From NCBI GenBank assembly GCA_009914755.4, contig CP068257.2, positions 42,144,001-42,208,000 on the forward strand: DNA of 64,000 bases, written 5' to 3'. Shown piece by piece: positions 26,802 to 40,562 of this stretch. This stretch comes from the human T2T-CHM13v2.0 reference genome, Homo sapiens. The notes under the pieces are model-generated. The model was not told the origin of the DNA. It saw only the letters and a program-made list of their open reading frames with translations, and searched no databases. The translations under genes were made by a program, and so were the position numbers. The first letter of the stretch is position 1. The number at the start of each line of letters is the position of its first letter.

Positions 26802-26975
26802 CCGGTGAGAGGGCGTGGCAGCAGGGGAAAGGGGGGTGGGCGGGGGGGAGGGGGGGCGACCGGTGAGAGGGCGTGGCTGCAGGGGAAAGGTGGGTGGGCG
26901 GGGCGGGAGGCGGCCGGTGAGGGGGCGTGGCTGCAGGGGAAAGGGGGGTGGGCGGGGCAGGGGGGCGGCGGGGAG
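26802..26975. repeat. G-rich minisatellite, 3 copies of 56-59-bp unit ccggtgagrgggcgtggctgcaggggaaaggggggtgggcgggg..
   Basis: seen directly in sequence; the proline-rich six-frame ORFs on the minus strand are artefacts of it. Confidence 0.85.
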
Positions 26976-27469
26976 AACAAGTGGCCCCATCCTTTGAGGC
27001 CGCTGTGTGAGTCTGCTCTGGTGGCCGTGACAAAGGACCACAGGCTGGGGCTTCAGCAACCCACATAGATTCTCCCACAGTCCCGGAGGCTGGGGCCCGA
27101 GGCCAGGGTGCAGTGGGGCTGGCTCCTGAGGCCTCTCTCCTGGGCTGGCACCTGGCGCCTCCTCCCCGTGTCCTCACAGGGCCGTTTTCCTGTGTGTCTG
27201 TGTCCTCATTGCCTCTTATAAAAACACAGGTAGGTTGGGTGGGGTCCACCCAAATAGCCTTATTTTAACTTAAAAAACTTTTCATGTTCTGGCTTCTCAA
27301 TTATTTTTTTTTAATTAAGGTATTTGTGACACTTAAAGATCATATATTTAAGATACAATTTGCTGATTTACAATCTAATTTTAATCTAATCTCCTCTCTT
27401 AAGACCCTACCTCCAAATACAGTCACAGCTGGGATCCTGGGGGAGTTAAGACTCCCACGTTCGGATTTT

Positions 27470-27700
27470 TGAGGGACACAGTTTGGCCCGTGACAGTCCC
27501 TTGCTGTCTGAGGGACACAGTTCGGCCCGTGACAGTCTCTGCTGTCTGAGGGACACCGACCCCCTGTGCGTTTCCTGTCTCCAGCTGCCTGTGTCGGTCA
27601 CACATGTTATTCTCACGCGCTGGCCCTGGTCACCTGGTCCCCTCCGCACCCTGGGCACATGCCGGCCTTGGTCACCAGGTCCCTTCCGCACCCTGGGCCG
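27470..27700. repeat. two short ~37-bp-unit tandem repeats (tgagggacacagttyggcccgtgacagtc.. x2.3 and ggtcaccwggtcccytccgcaccctgggc.. x2)
   Basis: seen directly in sequence. Confidence 0.7.
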
Positions 27701-29762
27701 TGCCGCACTTGGGTGGCATTTTGGGTGGAGCAGCCCCGGCCCCTGCCTCCCTCTCCTGCTGAGGGTTAACGGGGCCTGATCTCTGGGTGAGCTGCTGTGC
27801 CCTGTGCACTTCCGCCTCCAGGACCCTCAGCCACCACCAGGGCACAGCCCAGCTCAGCCAGGTGGTGAACGGACACAGGAGCTACTGGGGAGATTTGGCC
27901 CCAGGTCAGGTCCTGGCCTTGGGCGTGTGGCCCTTGTGGGGCCAGAAAACCTGTCCCTACCGCCCAGCAGGTGCTAGGGGATGACATAGCCCCTCCTGGA
28001 CATAGGCCCTCCTGCCACTCTCCCCCTGACCAGGAAGTCACCCCCAACTGCCCCTCTGACACTTTCCCTGTGAGAGGCAACCAGGCACCCCACAAAGCCT
28101 GCTGTGGGTTCTCCCAGACCCAGGCTGGAGGGACTGACCCATCAGCCACCTCCCCTCCACCCCTCCCCAACCCCCCTGGCCCCAGACAGCCTCTGTCCAC
28201 GAGGGGTGTGCCCCCGGAGCTGGCCACAGCCCCAGCAGGGACGGCAGCTCTGTGGGGCTGGTGGGGGGTGCCTCTGCAGGGCACAGGTGGACAAGAGGCC
28301 TCTCCTGCATGGCCTGCAGGAGGCCCAGCCTAGGAGGAGGGCTGAGGGCACCAAACGAGGCAAAGCCTGGGGGACCATGGTTGGGGTGGCCAAGGAAAGA
28401 AGGGGGGCAGCAGAGAGCGCCATCTGCTGCAGGCTGAGCTCAGGACGGAGGTCTGGGCACACTTGGCTTGGGGCAGGTGGCCGCCTTGTGTGGGTCGAGG
28501 AGGTGCAACCTGACCTGTGACCCAGTCCCTGGTTCTGAGGTCACAGCGAGGCCACTGGAGACCTCAACTGGCCGGGCCGTTCGCCGTGCAGGGTGGCTGC
28601 AGAGACCCGCTCAGCAGGTGCCCACTGTCACCCGGCCGGAACCAGCAGGCAGGCGTGGCAGGACAGACCACAGGGAGGATGCTGGAGGGGCCAGGGAAGC
28701 ACATTTAGCACACTTGGGGCTGCCTGTGGTCTGACGCCCCAGAGGGTGACACCTTTCGAGGCTCGAAGGCAGCTCAGGGCAGCTCCTCCCACACAAAGGC
28801 CTCCTCTGGGCTGTGAGGGTCAGTGTTTCTCCTGGGGCCCAGCCCTGGGGCCTCTTTGCATGCCCTCTGGGTGCCGGCTCAGGAGGGCACTGGCCCCAGG
28901 CCTGGCTCCGCCCCAGAAACCGGGTGGCTGTGTGTTAGCTGGGCAGTGGCTTCTGAGGGGCTGTACCAGGAGGCTCAGTGGGCATCCCCAGGGCTTCTCC
29001 TCAGTGCTGTGGTCCCACCCTAGACTGGGTAGCCAGCCTGGCGCCCTCCTCCCACATAGTGTCACAGACAGGCCCACCGACCCTGTGGGCTTGGGGTGGG
29101 ACAGCCAGGATCCCAGTCTCGGCAAGGCCTGGTACGGTGGGCGTCTCAGCTGCAGCCAGCATTGTGTCCGCCCCCTCCGCGAGGCAGTGTGTTTGTGATC
29201 AGAGCAGGAGTGTAGCCTGCTGGTTTCGGTACACGTAGAATGCGTGCCAGTGCACGCTAGCAGCATCTGTTGTGTTCCTTGTGCGGCAGCTCCATGCCAT
29301 GGCCAAGGTCTCAGTCTCTGTCCTGCTGATTGCTGGAGCAGGTGTGGTGGCCCATGTCCGAGGACGGCTGTGTCCTGGAGAGGTGGGCAGGGGCTGGGTT
29401 CATCTGCCTCTGGAGCCTGCTGGCAGCCTCCTCCCGGGTTTCATGGCTGGCAATCATGAAAGCTGCCTCGATGGTGGCGGGGCCCTGTTGATGTCAGATT
29501 GGCGTGGCCTCCTGAGAGTTCCTCCTGTGGGTGTGCGCAGGGCTTGCATGTGCAGGAAATGGACTCACCCTGGAGCTGGGCCCCCAGGGGCTGCCCCGGG
29601 CCTGGGTGGGGGCCGTGCCCTTGTCTGTCCGTCTCTCTGTCAGTCTGGCTTCTTCCTCTCCAACTCTACCTCTTTTGGGGTCTCCTTTCTGCTCTGTGTC
29701 ACCCCGGATAGCTTCTCCAGTGTGGAAGCTTTAACTTTCTGTTGTGTGTGTTTTTTGTTTTT

Positions 29763-30055
<293 letters not shown>

Positions 30056-30185
30056 ACACAAACGCACACAAGCACACATATGCACATAGACACACAAGCA
30101 GATGCAGACACACACAGACACATACATGCATGCAAACACACATACACGTGCACACACTCATACACAAGTCCACACAGGCACTTCC
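30056..30185. repeat. degenerate (CA)n / CA-rich low-complexity tract
   Basis: acacaaacgcacacaagcacacatatgcacatagacacacaagc... Confidence 0.8.
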
Positions 30186-32359
30186 TGTGATCTCCAAGCC
30201 TGAGGCTTTATGCTTGGTGGGTGGGGTCTGCCTCCACCCTCTGTCCAGACCAAGGACCCCCTCAGCCTGCAGAGCAGTGCTGCAGCTTCGGGAATGTGCT
30301 GTGTGAGCTCCCTTCTGTCTTAGACCCCCTCTTCCCTCTGAGCTCTGCGGTTGGAAGGTGGAACTTCTCCTCCTCCTATTTTCCTCCCCAACATTCACTG
30401 CCTTGTCTTTTGTTCTGCTTTCTGGGAGATGTTCTTGAATGTCCGAACTTCCTCCTGCATTTTAAATTTCTGCCCTCCCAGGTTTCATTTCCAAGAGCTC
30501 ATTTCTGCTCTCTGCTTGTTCTTTTTTTACAGCTTCCTGTTCCTGTTTCATGAGTGCAATGTCTTTTTTTCTTCATCTTTCCTGCTGTGGTGGGGTTTTC
30601 CAGCAGGAAAACTCAGAGCTGGGTGGGAGGGCTCTGCCATGGTTCGTGAGTTTGCTCCCCTTTCCCCATGGGCTGTGTTGGTTGAAAAGAACTCTCTCCC
30701 TCCCCCAACTCCTCGTCAAATTCAAATGCTCACAGGGTCTCCAATATTCAGCGACCTTTCATGGATTAAATTCTGAGCCATTCTTTTGCCCCTAGAAGGT
30801 TGTCCTCTATAGAATAGCGTAAAACTGTTAGGAGATTGTTAGAACAAAGTCTTGCAGGCACCTTCACTTGGCAGAAGAATCGATCAAACTCCATTTAGAA
30901 GGGAGCTCATTGAAGGGGCCTTGGTTTCCCGTTTCCTTTGTAACCAAGACAGTTCTTTCCAGAGGGAGTAGATTTGGCTTGACCCTGCATCTCAGCCCAG
31001 GTTCCCAGTGGCCACATGCCAACATTTGATGGGGGTGGGGAGGTGCAGTCCCAGGGGAGAGAGGAGGGGGGGGTGGGGAGAAGGGGAGGGAGGGAGAGCA
31101 GGCTGTGGCTCTGCAGTCCTGAGCTGGCCTCAGCCTTCAGAGAGGACAGTGGACATCCTGGAGAGGCCACGGGGAGCCACTGCATCCTGGAAGAGTTGAG
31201 TGTGGTAGCCTGAGCCCTGGCCTTGATTCTGCGACCTCGGGTGTGAACTCACCAGGTAGAAGACGGGGACGCTGGCAGGGACGCAGACCGTGCCTGAGCC
31301 GGCCTTCCTGTGTGGGCCCAGATACCGGCTCAGGTCCCACCTCCCCTGGTGCTGTCCACACCAGGACAGCAGAAGCCTCATGCCTGGTCCCCAGGGATAC
31401 GGTTCTGAATCAAAACCTCTCACGGCACATCGAATTGAGCCTGACCAACGCCTGGGTCCTGGCAGTGGAGGCTGGGAGGAGAGTGTCTGGGATTCTGTCC
31501 GGGGAGGCAGGGCTGTCACTGTGGGGAGCTATGAACATGGATGGGGCTTGCTGAAGAGACTCAAGCAGCTCGGGGGTCAGAACAGCTCCGAGAACCACGT
31601 CCTCCTCCCACTTTGGGATCTGGGCCAAGTCTCCCTGCCTGTCTGGGCCTTGGTTCCCTCCTCTGTAAGTGTGTGGAGGACAAGGTGACCTCTAAGACCT
31701 GTCCAGTTCTGGGGTCCCACCCCTGAGGACTTTGCAGCCTGGGCTGGCAGCCCTGAATGATACGGGGGACACCTGCAGGGGCCGCACCCCTGCATAGACT
31801 GCAGTTAATTCTGGGTTAAGCAAAGCCTGTGTTTCCCACACGGGCCCAGCTTCTGATGTCTGGAAAGATGAGGACCCGCACTTGCTTCCATCAGCAGCAT
31901 GTCCTGTGCACACGAAGGTTGCACCGTCCTAAAAACACCACTGCGATGACGATCTGAGCTTTTAAGTGTCTCCTGCTGTCTGCAGCACGTTGAGCAGAAC
32001 ACCCTCCAAATTCCACCTTATTTGGAATAAGGGTCTTTGCAGGTGTAATTAATTGAGAGTCTGTGATCATCCTGGTTTTAGGGTGGGCCCTAAATCCAAT
32101 GACTGGTGTCCTTATGAGAAGAGGAGAGGCCACAGAGGGACACATGGAGAAGGCCATGGACGGCAGAGGCAGGGGTCAAGGTGACACAGCCACAGCCGAG
32201 GGACGCCTAGAGTCACCCGAAGCGGGGAGGGGCAGGAAGGATCCTCCTTGGAGCCTTCGGAAGGAGCGGGGCCCTGCCCACACCTTGGTTTCAGCCTTCT
32301 GGACATCAGAACTTCGAGGGAATCCTTTTCTGTTACTTCGAGCCACCAGGTTTGTGTAA

Positions 32360-32692
<333 letters not shown>

Positions 32693-32699
32693 CCTCTCT

Positions 32700-33060
32700 T
32701 TTTGAAAAGAAGTGACCAACACATTTTATGAGATAATGTAATCTCAACATCAAAAAAATGAGGACATTACAAGAAAGGATAATTACTGGCCAATCTTAAT
32801 TATTAGAAAAATACTTTTCAAAACAGCAAAGAAAATATTAGCAAAATTAATCAAGTAATGGATTTTGTCCCAGGAACTCAGGTTTAGTAAAACATTACAA
32901 AAGGTACCCAGATAATGCACCAGTCTCACCAGTTAAAGGAGAAAAGACATGTGCCTGTATCCGCTGGTTCATAGCTGATATTCAATAAAATTCAACAAAG
33001 CAATGACCTCAACAGGAGAAAGATTTTCTTCCAAAAATCTACAGAAAATGCTTGATGAAA
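32700..33060 (+). mobile_element. old L1 (L1M-like) ORF2 reverse-transcriptase fragment
   Basis: degenerate translation ..GF.PG.Q..FNIRK....HINR.KEK.H...S.DAEKAFDKIQ.. matches L1 ORF2 RT motifs; stops and frameshifts present. Confidence 0.55.
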
Positions 33061-33096
33061 AAAAAAAAAAAAAGAATTTTTTTTTTAAGTGATGGG

Positions 33097-34617
33097 GTCC
33101 TCTCCCTCTCCCTCTCCCTCTCCCTCTCCCTCTCCCTCTCCCTCTCCCTCTCCACGGTCTCCCTCTCTCTCCACGGTCTCCGTCTGATGCTGAGCCCAGG
33201 CTGGACTGTACTGCCGCCATCTCGGCTCACTGCAACCTCCCTGCCTGATTCTCCTGCCTCAGCCTGCCGAGTGCCTGGGATTGCAGGCGCGCGCCGCCAC
33301 GCCTGACTGGTTTTCGTATTTTTTGGTGGAGACAGGGTTTCGCCGTGTTGGCCGGGCTGGTCTCCAGCTCCTGACCGCAAGTGATCTGCCTGCCTCGGCC
33401 TCCGGAGGTGCCGGGATTGCAGACGGAGTCTCGCTCACTCAGTGCTCAATGTTGCCCAGGCTGGAGTGCAGTGGCGTGATCTCGGCTCGCTACAACCTCC
33501 ACCTCCCAGCCACCTGCCTTGGCCTTCCAAAGTGCTGAGATTGTAGCCTCTGCCTGGCCGCCACCCTGTCTGGGAAGTGAGGAGCGTCTCTGCCTGGCCG
33601 TCCATCGTCTGGGATGTGAGGAGCCCCTCTGCCCGGCCGCCCAGTCTGGGAAGTGAGGAGCGCCTCTTCCCGGCCGCCATCCCGTCTAGGAAGTGAGAAG
33701 TGTCTCTGCCCGGCCGCCCATCGTCTGGGATGTGGGGAGCGCCTCTGCCCCACCGCCCTGTCTGGGATGTGGGGAGCGCCTCTGCCCGGCTGCGACCCCG
33801 TCTGGGAACTGAAGAGTGTCTCTGCCCGACTGCCACCCCGTCTGGGAGGTGAGGAGTGTCTATGCCCGGCCGCCCCGTCTGAGAAGTGAGGAGCCCCTCC
33901 GCCTGGCAGCTGCCCCGTCTGGGAAGTGAGGAGCCCCTCCGCCCGGCAGCCGCCCCGTCCAGGAGGTGGGGGGCAGCCCCCGCCCGGCCAGCCGCCCCAT
34001 ACGGGAGGTGGGGGGTGCCTCTGCCTGGCCGCCCCGTCTGGGAAGTGAGGAGCCCCTCTGCCCGACCACCACCCCGTCTGGGAGGTGTACCCAACAGCTC
34101 ATTGAGAAGGGGCCATGATGACGATGGCGGTTTTGTCGAAAAGAAAAGGGGGAAATATGGGGAAAAGAAAGAGAAATCAGATTGTTACTGTGTCTGTGTA
34201 GAAAGAAGTAGACATAGGAGACTCCATTTTGTTCTGTACTAAGAAAAATTATTCTGCCTTGGGATGCTGTTAATCTATGACCTTACCCCCAACCCCGTGC
34301 TCTCTGAAACATGTGCTGTGTCCACTCAGGGTTAAATGGATTAAGGGCGGTGCAAGATGTGCTTTGTTAAACAGATGCTTGAAGGCAGCATGCTCCTTAA
34401 GAGTCATCACCACTCCCTAATCTCAAGTACCCAGGGACACAAACACTGCGGAAGGCCGCAGGGTCCTCTGCCTAGGAAAACCAGAGACCTCTGTTCACAT
34501 GTTTATCTGCTGACCTTCCCTCCACTATTGTCCTATGACCCTGCCAAATCCCCGTCTCCGAGAAACACCCAAGAATGATCAATAAATACTAAAAAAAAAT
34601 AAAAAAATAAAAAAAAG
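33097..34617 (+). mobile_element. SVA retrotransposon, full structure: (CCCTCT)n 33100-33175; antisense Alu-like 33180-33540; VNTR of 37-49-bp units 33545-34085; SINE-R (HERV-K-derived) 34085-34590; poly(A) 34591-34617
   Basis: all four canonical SVA modules in canonical order; SINE-R closely matches the consensus I recall (..ggggaaaagaaagagaaatcagattgttactgtgtctgtgtagaaagaagtagacataggagactccattttgttctgtactaag..); possible 9-bp TSD aagTgatgg / aagGatgg. Confidence 0.9.
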
Positions 34618-34702
34618 AAAATGAAGGATGGAGCCATGAGCTGAGGAATGTAGGCAGCCTCTAGAATATAGAAAAAGCAATGAAACTGATTCTGTCCTAT
34701 AG

Positions 34703-34846
34703 CCTCCAGAAGGAACATAACCCTATTGACACCCTGATTTCAGCCCAGTAGTTGTGATTTTGGATTTCTCACCTCCAGAAGGAACATAACCCTATTGACA
34801 CCCTGATTTCAGCCCAGTAGTTGTGATTTTGGATTTCTCACCTCCA
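34703..34846. repeat. tandem duplication, 2 x 72 bp (cctccagaaggaacataaccctattgacaccctgatttcagcccagtagttgtgattttggatttctca) inside an unclassified interspersed-repeat-like segment that ends in ..ccagaactataagataataaattcatgttgttttaagc + A-run
   Basis: two identical copies seen directly in sequence. Confidence 0.75.
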
Positions 34847-34884
34847 GAACTATAAGATAATAAATTCATGTTGTTTTAAGCTAA

Positions 34885-35325
<441 letters not shown>

Positions 35326-35344
35326 GGGGCTTCTTGTAAGTTAG

Positions 35345-35686
<342 letters not shown>

Positions 35687-38099
35687 TGACACCTGCCCAA
35701 GTCCTCGTAGGTCTCCTCAGGTCCTGTTGGGTCGTCAGGGCTGAGGTCGGCTGAGGGTTGGGTGTTCACAGGCTGATTTTAGGCTGGGCCTGCTGACCAC
35801 AGGGCCTGGGAGTGAACCCCATGTCCCCGAGGCCTCTTCCCTGGTCTCCATCCTATCCTCAGGTAACCTTGGCCTCTGCTTCATCTTGGATAAACTGTGG
35901 CCCCACAGAGGCCTCAGAAAGCAAAACCCTGCCCCTGGGAGGTTCTCGTCCCATTTCAGCTCCTTTTCTAATTCGGTGGTGAGACAGCAAAGCTGAGCCT
36001 AGAGTGGCTGTGCAGACAGGCCCCCAGCCAAAGGCCCTGGGTCTTCCAGCAGCTTTCGTTGTCACCGGGACCTGGCCTGCTCCCAAGGTTCCCGAGAGCA
36101 GTGGGGCTGTCCCCCACACCCAGGTCCCATCAGCGAGGCTGGGGGCTCCTCTCCCCTCGCTGATGGACGGGGAAGCCAGGCTCGCTTTCCTTCCGGGTCC
36201 TCGATTCTCGCTGGATCAACAGTGTCACAAGTCAGACTCCTTAAAACTGCTTTCCAAGGGAACCCAAAATATCTGTTTCTAGAAGTGTTGGCATTGAAGA
36301 GCTGGAGATGACTCACAGCCCAGCCAGTGTCTCCTCTTCCACACCCACACTGCTGGGTCTATTTCTAGACAGCTTGGTTGTGTGTGGAGTTCAGGGAACC
36401 TGGATCTTCCAGCATCTTGTCTTAACTGGAACGTTCCATCAGTGGTTCTGTCCAGAGTATCTAGCGAGCTGTTTACAGCCACTCCCCTGAAGCTCAGAGG
36501 CAATGATGAGCCCTCCCAGTGATCAAAGACAAAGTCACTTATGTTCCACATCATTGCCCCTTGCATTGATAGGTGTTTAAGTGCATCCTGGAGGTTTTCT
36601 GAGGCAGGCAGTTGGCGTATGGAAGTGGTCATCATGGAAGTCACACTCGTGTTTGTGCTGCTTTCAGGAGGCCTTCGTCCCAAGCCCTGCACCCCACCCT
36701 GGCCATAATGCTTAGTGTCACCCCCATCCCTGGGGCAGGAAGCCAAGGGCCAGAGTAGCCCCTGCCTGTGAGCAGTGAGGGGCTGTCCAGTGCTTTCATT
36801 CAATCCATCCCAGTTTTCTCGTCAACAAAGTGAGGATGAGAATGCCTCAGAATCACAATGCTTACCTTTCAGGGTTGTTTTGAGGAGTAAGAGATGACAC
36901 ACGAGCAGGGTGCACACAGCAGGCACTCCATGTGTGCAGGGATCAGCGTGCACACAGCAGGCACTCCATGTGTGCAGGTCCCTCCTCCTCCTGGATGTTT
37001 ATCAAGCGCCTCCCTGACAGTGCCCCGTGTTCGCTGCAGGCGCCGTGCCCAATGGGGAGAGGCCCCTGGATCGAGTCCGGGTGGGTGCGGCTCCACCTCT
37101 TCCAGCTCCAGACCAGGAAGAGCCTCTCAAGCTGCTTTTCAGGGCCATGTGGAACGGAGGCTGGTGCCACTGTCTGATGGCTCAATGGCTGCAGACCATC
37201 GGCTATGTCTAAATCCATAAAAGTCCTAAATGAGCTAACAAACCATTCATGAGATCTTTTCCATCCTCCTACTGGACACGCGTATTTCCACGAAGACCCG
37301 GAAGGCCCGTTAGAACTCGGAAACGGGCTGCTCTAGGTTGGGTTCTGGAAGATGGCGTCAGGAGCTCCGGCCTCAGCCCCAGCCTGCAGCCTCCTCTTCC
37401 TAGCCAGGACCCTCCGGCACCACCACAGCCCTCAGCAAATAGCTGTCCTTGGCTGCCCCTCGGGCCTGGGGTGGTCCCCTTGGAGGAAGGACCTGGGAGA
37501 GGCTCATGCAGACCCCAGAGGCCGGCTGGGGTCTTTGGGCAGAGAAATCTCTGTCTGGGGCCCTGGAATGTGGTCTAGAAGGTGAGGGTGGGGGCCTCTG
37601 GGCGGAAGTTCCCTGGGCCCTGCGACCGCCCTGCCCTCCGGGATGGGGGTCCCTCTCACGTGTCCTCTCACAGCCTGGGTCTCCAGGCCCCGCCATGGGG
37701 AGATCAGCTTGGCAAAGGCACACCCAGCGCTGCACCTCCTGGCCCCCGGAGCTTCACCTGGAGGTTAGGGCAGAACTTTGTCCATCAGGAACTGGGGGTT
37801 CAGCCGTCTCCACCCCTCCCCATCCTGCCCTGGGAGCAGCTGTCCCCAGGCTCAGGGGCTCCTTTGGCCTCTTGGCAGGGTTCTCAGGGGCACCAGCAGT
37901 GAGCTGCCCGCAGTACCCAGTGGTGCCCAGCAGGGAGGTGGCCCCTGCCACCCACTGGCTTACTTGGCCACAGTGAGATGTCCCCATGCAGGATCCCGCA
38001 CTAGCTCGGCTTGCTGAGAACCCGGCCAAGGCAGGTATCAAATACGGTAACCCGAGAAGAGAGGAATTTCGACAGCCCCGTACACAAGGAGAGCATGAT

Positions 38100-38245
38100 C
38101 CAGCACCCGGCGCCAGGTCTGCTCTGACGGCACGGCCAGAACAGCGGGTCCCGCACGTTCCCGCTCATGGAAATCCAGCGCCCAGCGCCACATCTCTGAC
38201 TGCAGGGCCAGGACGGTGGGTCCCGCACGTTCCCGCTCATGTGGA
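38100..38245. repeat. tandem duplication, 2 x ~72 bp (cagc.cccggcgccag.tctg.tctgac.gca.ggccag.ac.g.gggtcccgcacgttcccgctcatgg)
   Basis: seen directly in sequence. Confidence 0.75.
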
Positions 38246-38864
38246 AAGGCTACACCACTTAGTAGAAGAGGGTTTTATCACAGAAGCTAGTGCTAAGGGG
38301 ACTGCAGCGTGACCGCCATCCCTCATCTTGTTTGCTCACTGTGTGCGCCAGCACAGACCCTGCCGACCCGCTGTGGACACACTGAGGAAGGGGCGTGGGG
38401 AGGCCGGAGGAGACAGGAGCCCTCCCACCACGCCCCTCCCCTGGCACAGGGCTGCATTTGCCCTCAGCCTCCAACTTAGGGCTGCACAGAGGGGCAGAAC
38501 TGGGGGTGCTGAGGTCCAGGATTGGGAGGGGCTTAAAGCCTGAGAGGAGAAGAGAAGGAGAAGCAGCAAATTAGCACAAGGTGGCCCAGGAAGGGGACCA
38601 GGAAGTGACCGTGTGAGGTGGCCGTGTCCACCCACTGCTAGGGTCAGATCCCTGGGCCGGATCCTGAGCTGCCCTCTGGAGAAGGCAGCCCTCCAGGCCT
38701 AGGCATCCCTGGGCTTCCCCAGGGCGAGCAGAAGCAGCTGGGAAGCCTGTCCCACGGGAGGGACATCACAGGGCCCTTAAGCCGAGAGAGATGCATCTGG
38801 GTGTGGGGGGTATGGGGTGGGGTCTCGGTTGAGCAGCAGTTCAGGGAGGGCCGCAGCAAGCTCA

Positions 38865-39009
38865 GCCGGCACCAGCTACGCGGGAGGCTGAGACAGAAAG
38901 AATGAGTCGCTGGAACCTGGGAGGCAGAGGCTGCAGTGAGCCAAGATCGCGTCATTGCACTCCAGCCTGGGCGACAGAACAGTTCTCCGTCTCAAAAAAA
39001 AAAAAAAAA
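38865..39009 (+). mobile_element. Alu right-arm fragment with A-tail
   Basis: ggcaccagctacgcgggaggctgagacagaaagaatgagtcgctggaacctgggaggcagaggctgcagtgagccaagatcgcgtcattgcactccagcctgggcgacag. Confidence 0.85.
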
Positions 39010-39022
39010 TTTTACAGTGATT

Positions 39023-39930
<908 letters not shown>

Positions 39931-39934
39931 AAAG

Positions 39935-40428
39935 AAAGGACACAGCAAGAACCATAAAAGAAAATTGGATATATTGGACTTCATCAAAATTGAAAAGTTC
40001 TGCTTATTAAGAGACATCATTACAAAATAAATAGACAAGCCATAGACTGAGAGAAAAATATTTGTAAACTACACATTTGTCAATAAAAAGAAAAACAAGG
40101 CAACTAAAAATGGGCAAACAATCTGAACAGGCACGTCACGAAAGATGGCACACAGATGGCCAATAAGCACGCGAAACAGTGCTTGACATCATCAGACACT
40201 GAGGAAATAAAAGTTAAAACCACATGAGATATGTCATCAGAAAGGCTAAAGCTAAAATGATGGGGTGTTTAGCTGTGGTGGAGGCCCCTGGAATCCCTGC
40301 TGCACACTGCAGGTGGGTGTGTAAATGGTACAATCCCTTTGATACAAGATCTGGCAATTTCTTATAAAGCTAAATATACAACTACCCTATAACCTAGCAA
40401 CTGCTCTACTGAATTTTTATGGAGAGAT
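39935..40428 (+). mobile_element. old L1 fragment (ORF2 C-terminal region)
   Basis: ..ggaaataaaagttaaaaccacatgagatatgtcatcagaaaggctaaag.. resembles the L1 ORF2 stretch ..EMQIKTTMRYHLTPVRMA.. with decay. Confidence 0.6.
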
Positions 40429-40562
40429 GGGGCATGGTGGCGTGTGCCTGTAATCCCAGGCTTGAGGCAGGAGAATCACTTGAACCCAGGAGGTGGAGGT
40501 TGCAGTGAGCCGAGATCACACCAGCCTGGGTGAAAGAGCAAGACCTTGTCTCAAAAAACAAA
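40429..40562 (+). mobile_element. Alu right-arm fragment
   Basis: ggggcatggtggcgtgtgcctgtaatcccaggcttgaggcaggagaatcacttgaacccaggaggtggaggttgcagtgagccgagatcacacc. Confidence 0.85.

Noticed and set aside
26397-27249. Proline-rich 100-220-aa minus-strand ORFs (PPPFPLQPRPLTGR..)
   Set aside because: They are driven by the G-rich 57-bp minisatellite and flanking GC-rich sequence. They show repeat periodicity, not a protein signal.
33435-34094. Several overlapping 80-220-aa ORFs with repeated ..GRPGRG.PHLPDG.. peptides
   Set aside because: They translate the SVA VNTR, a tandem repeat inside a retrotransposon. They are not coding.
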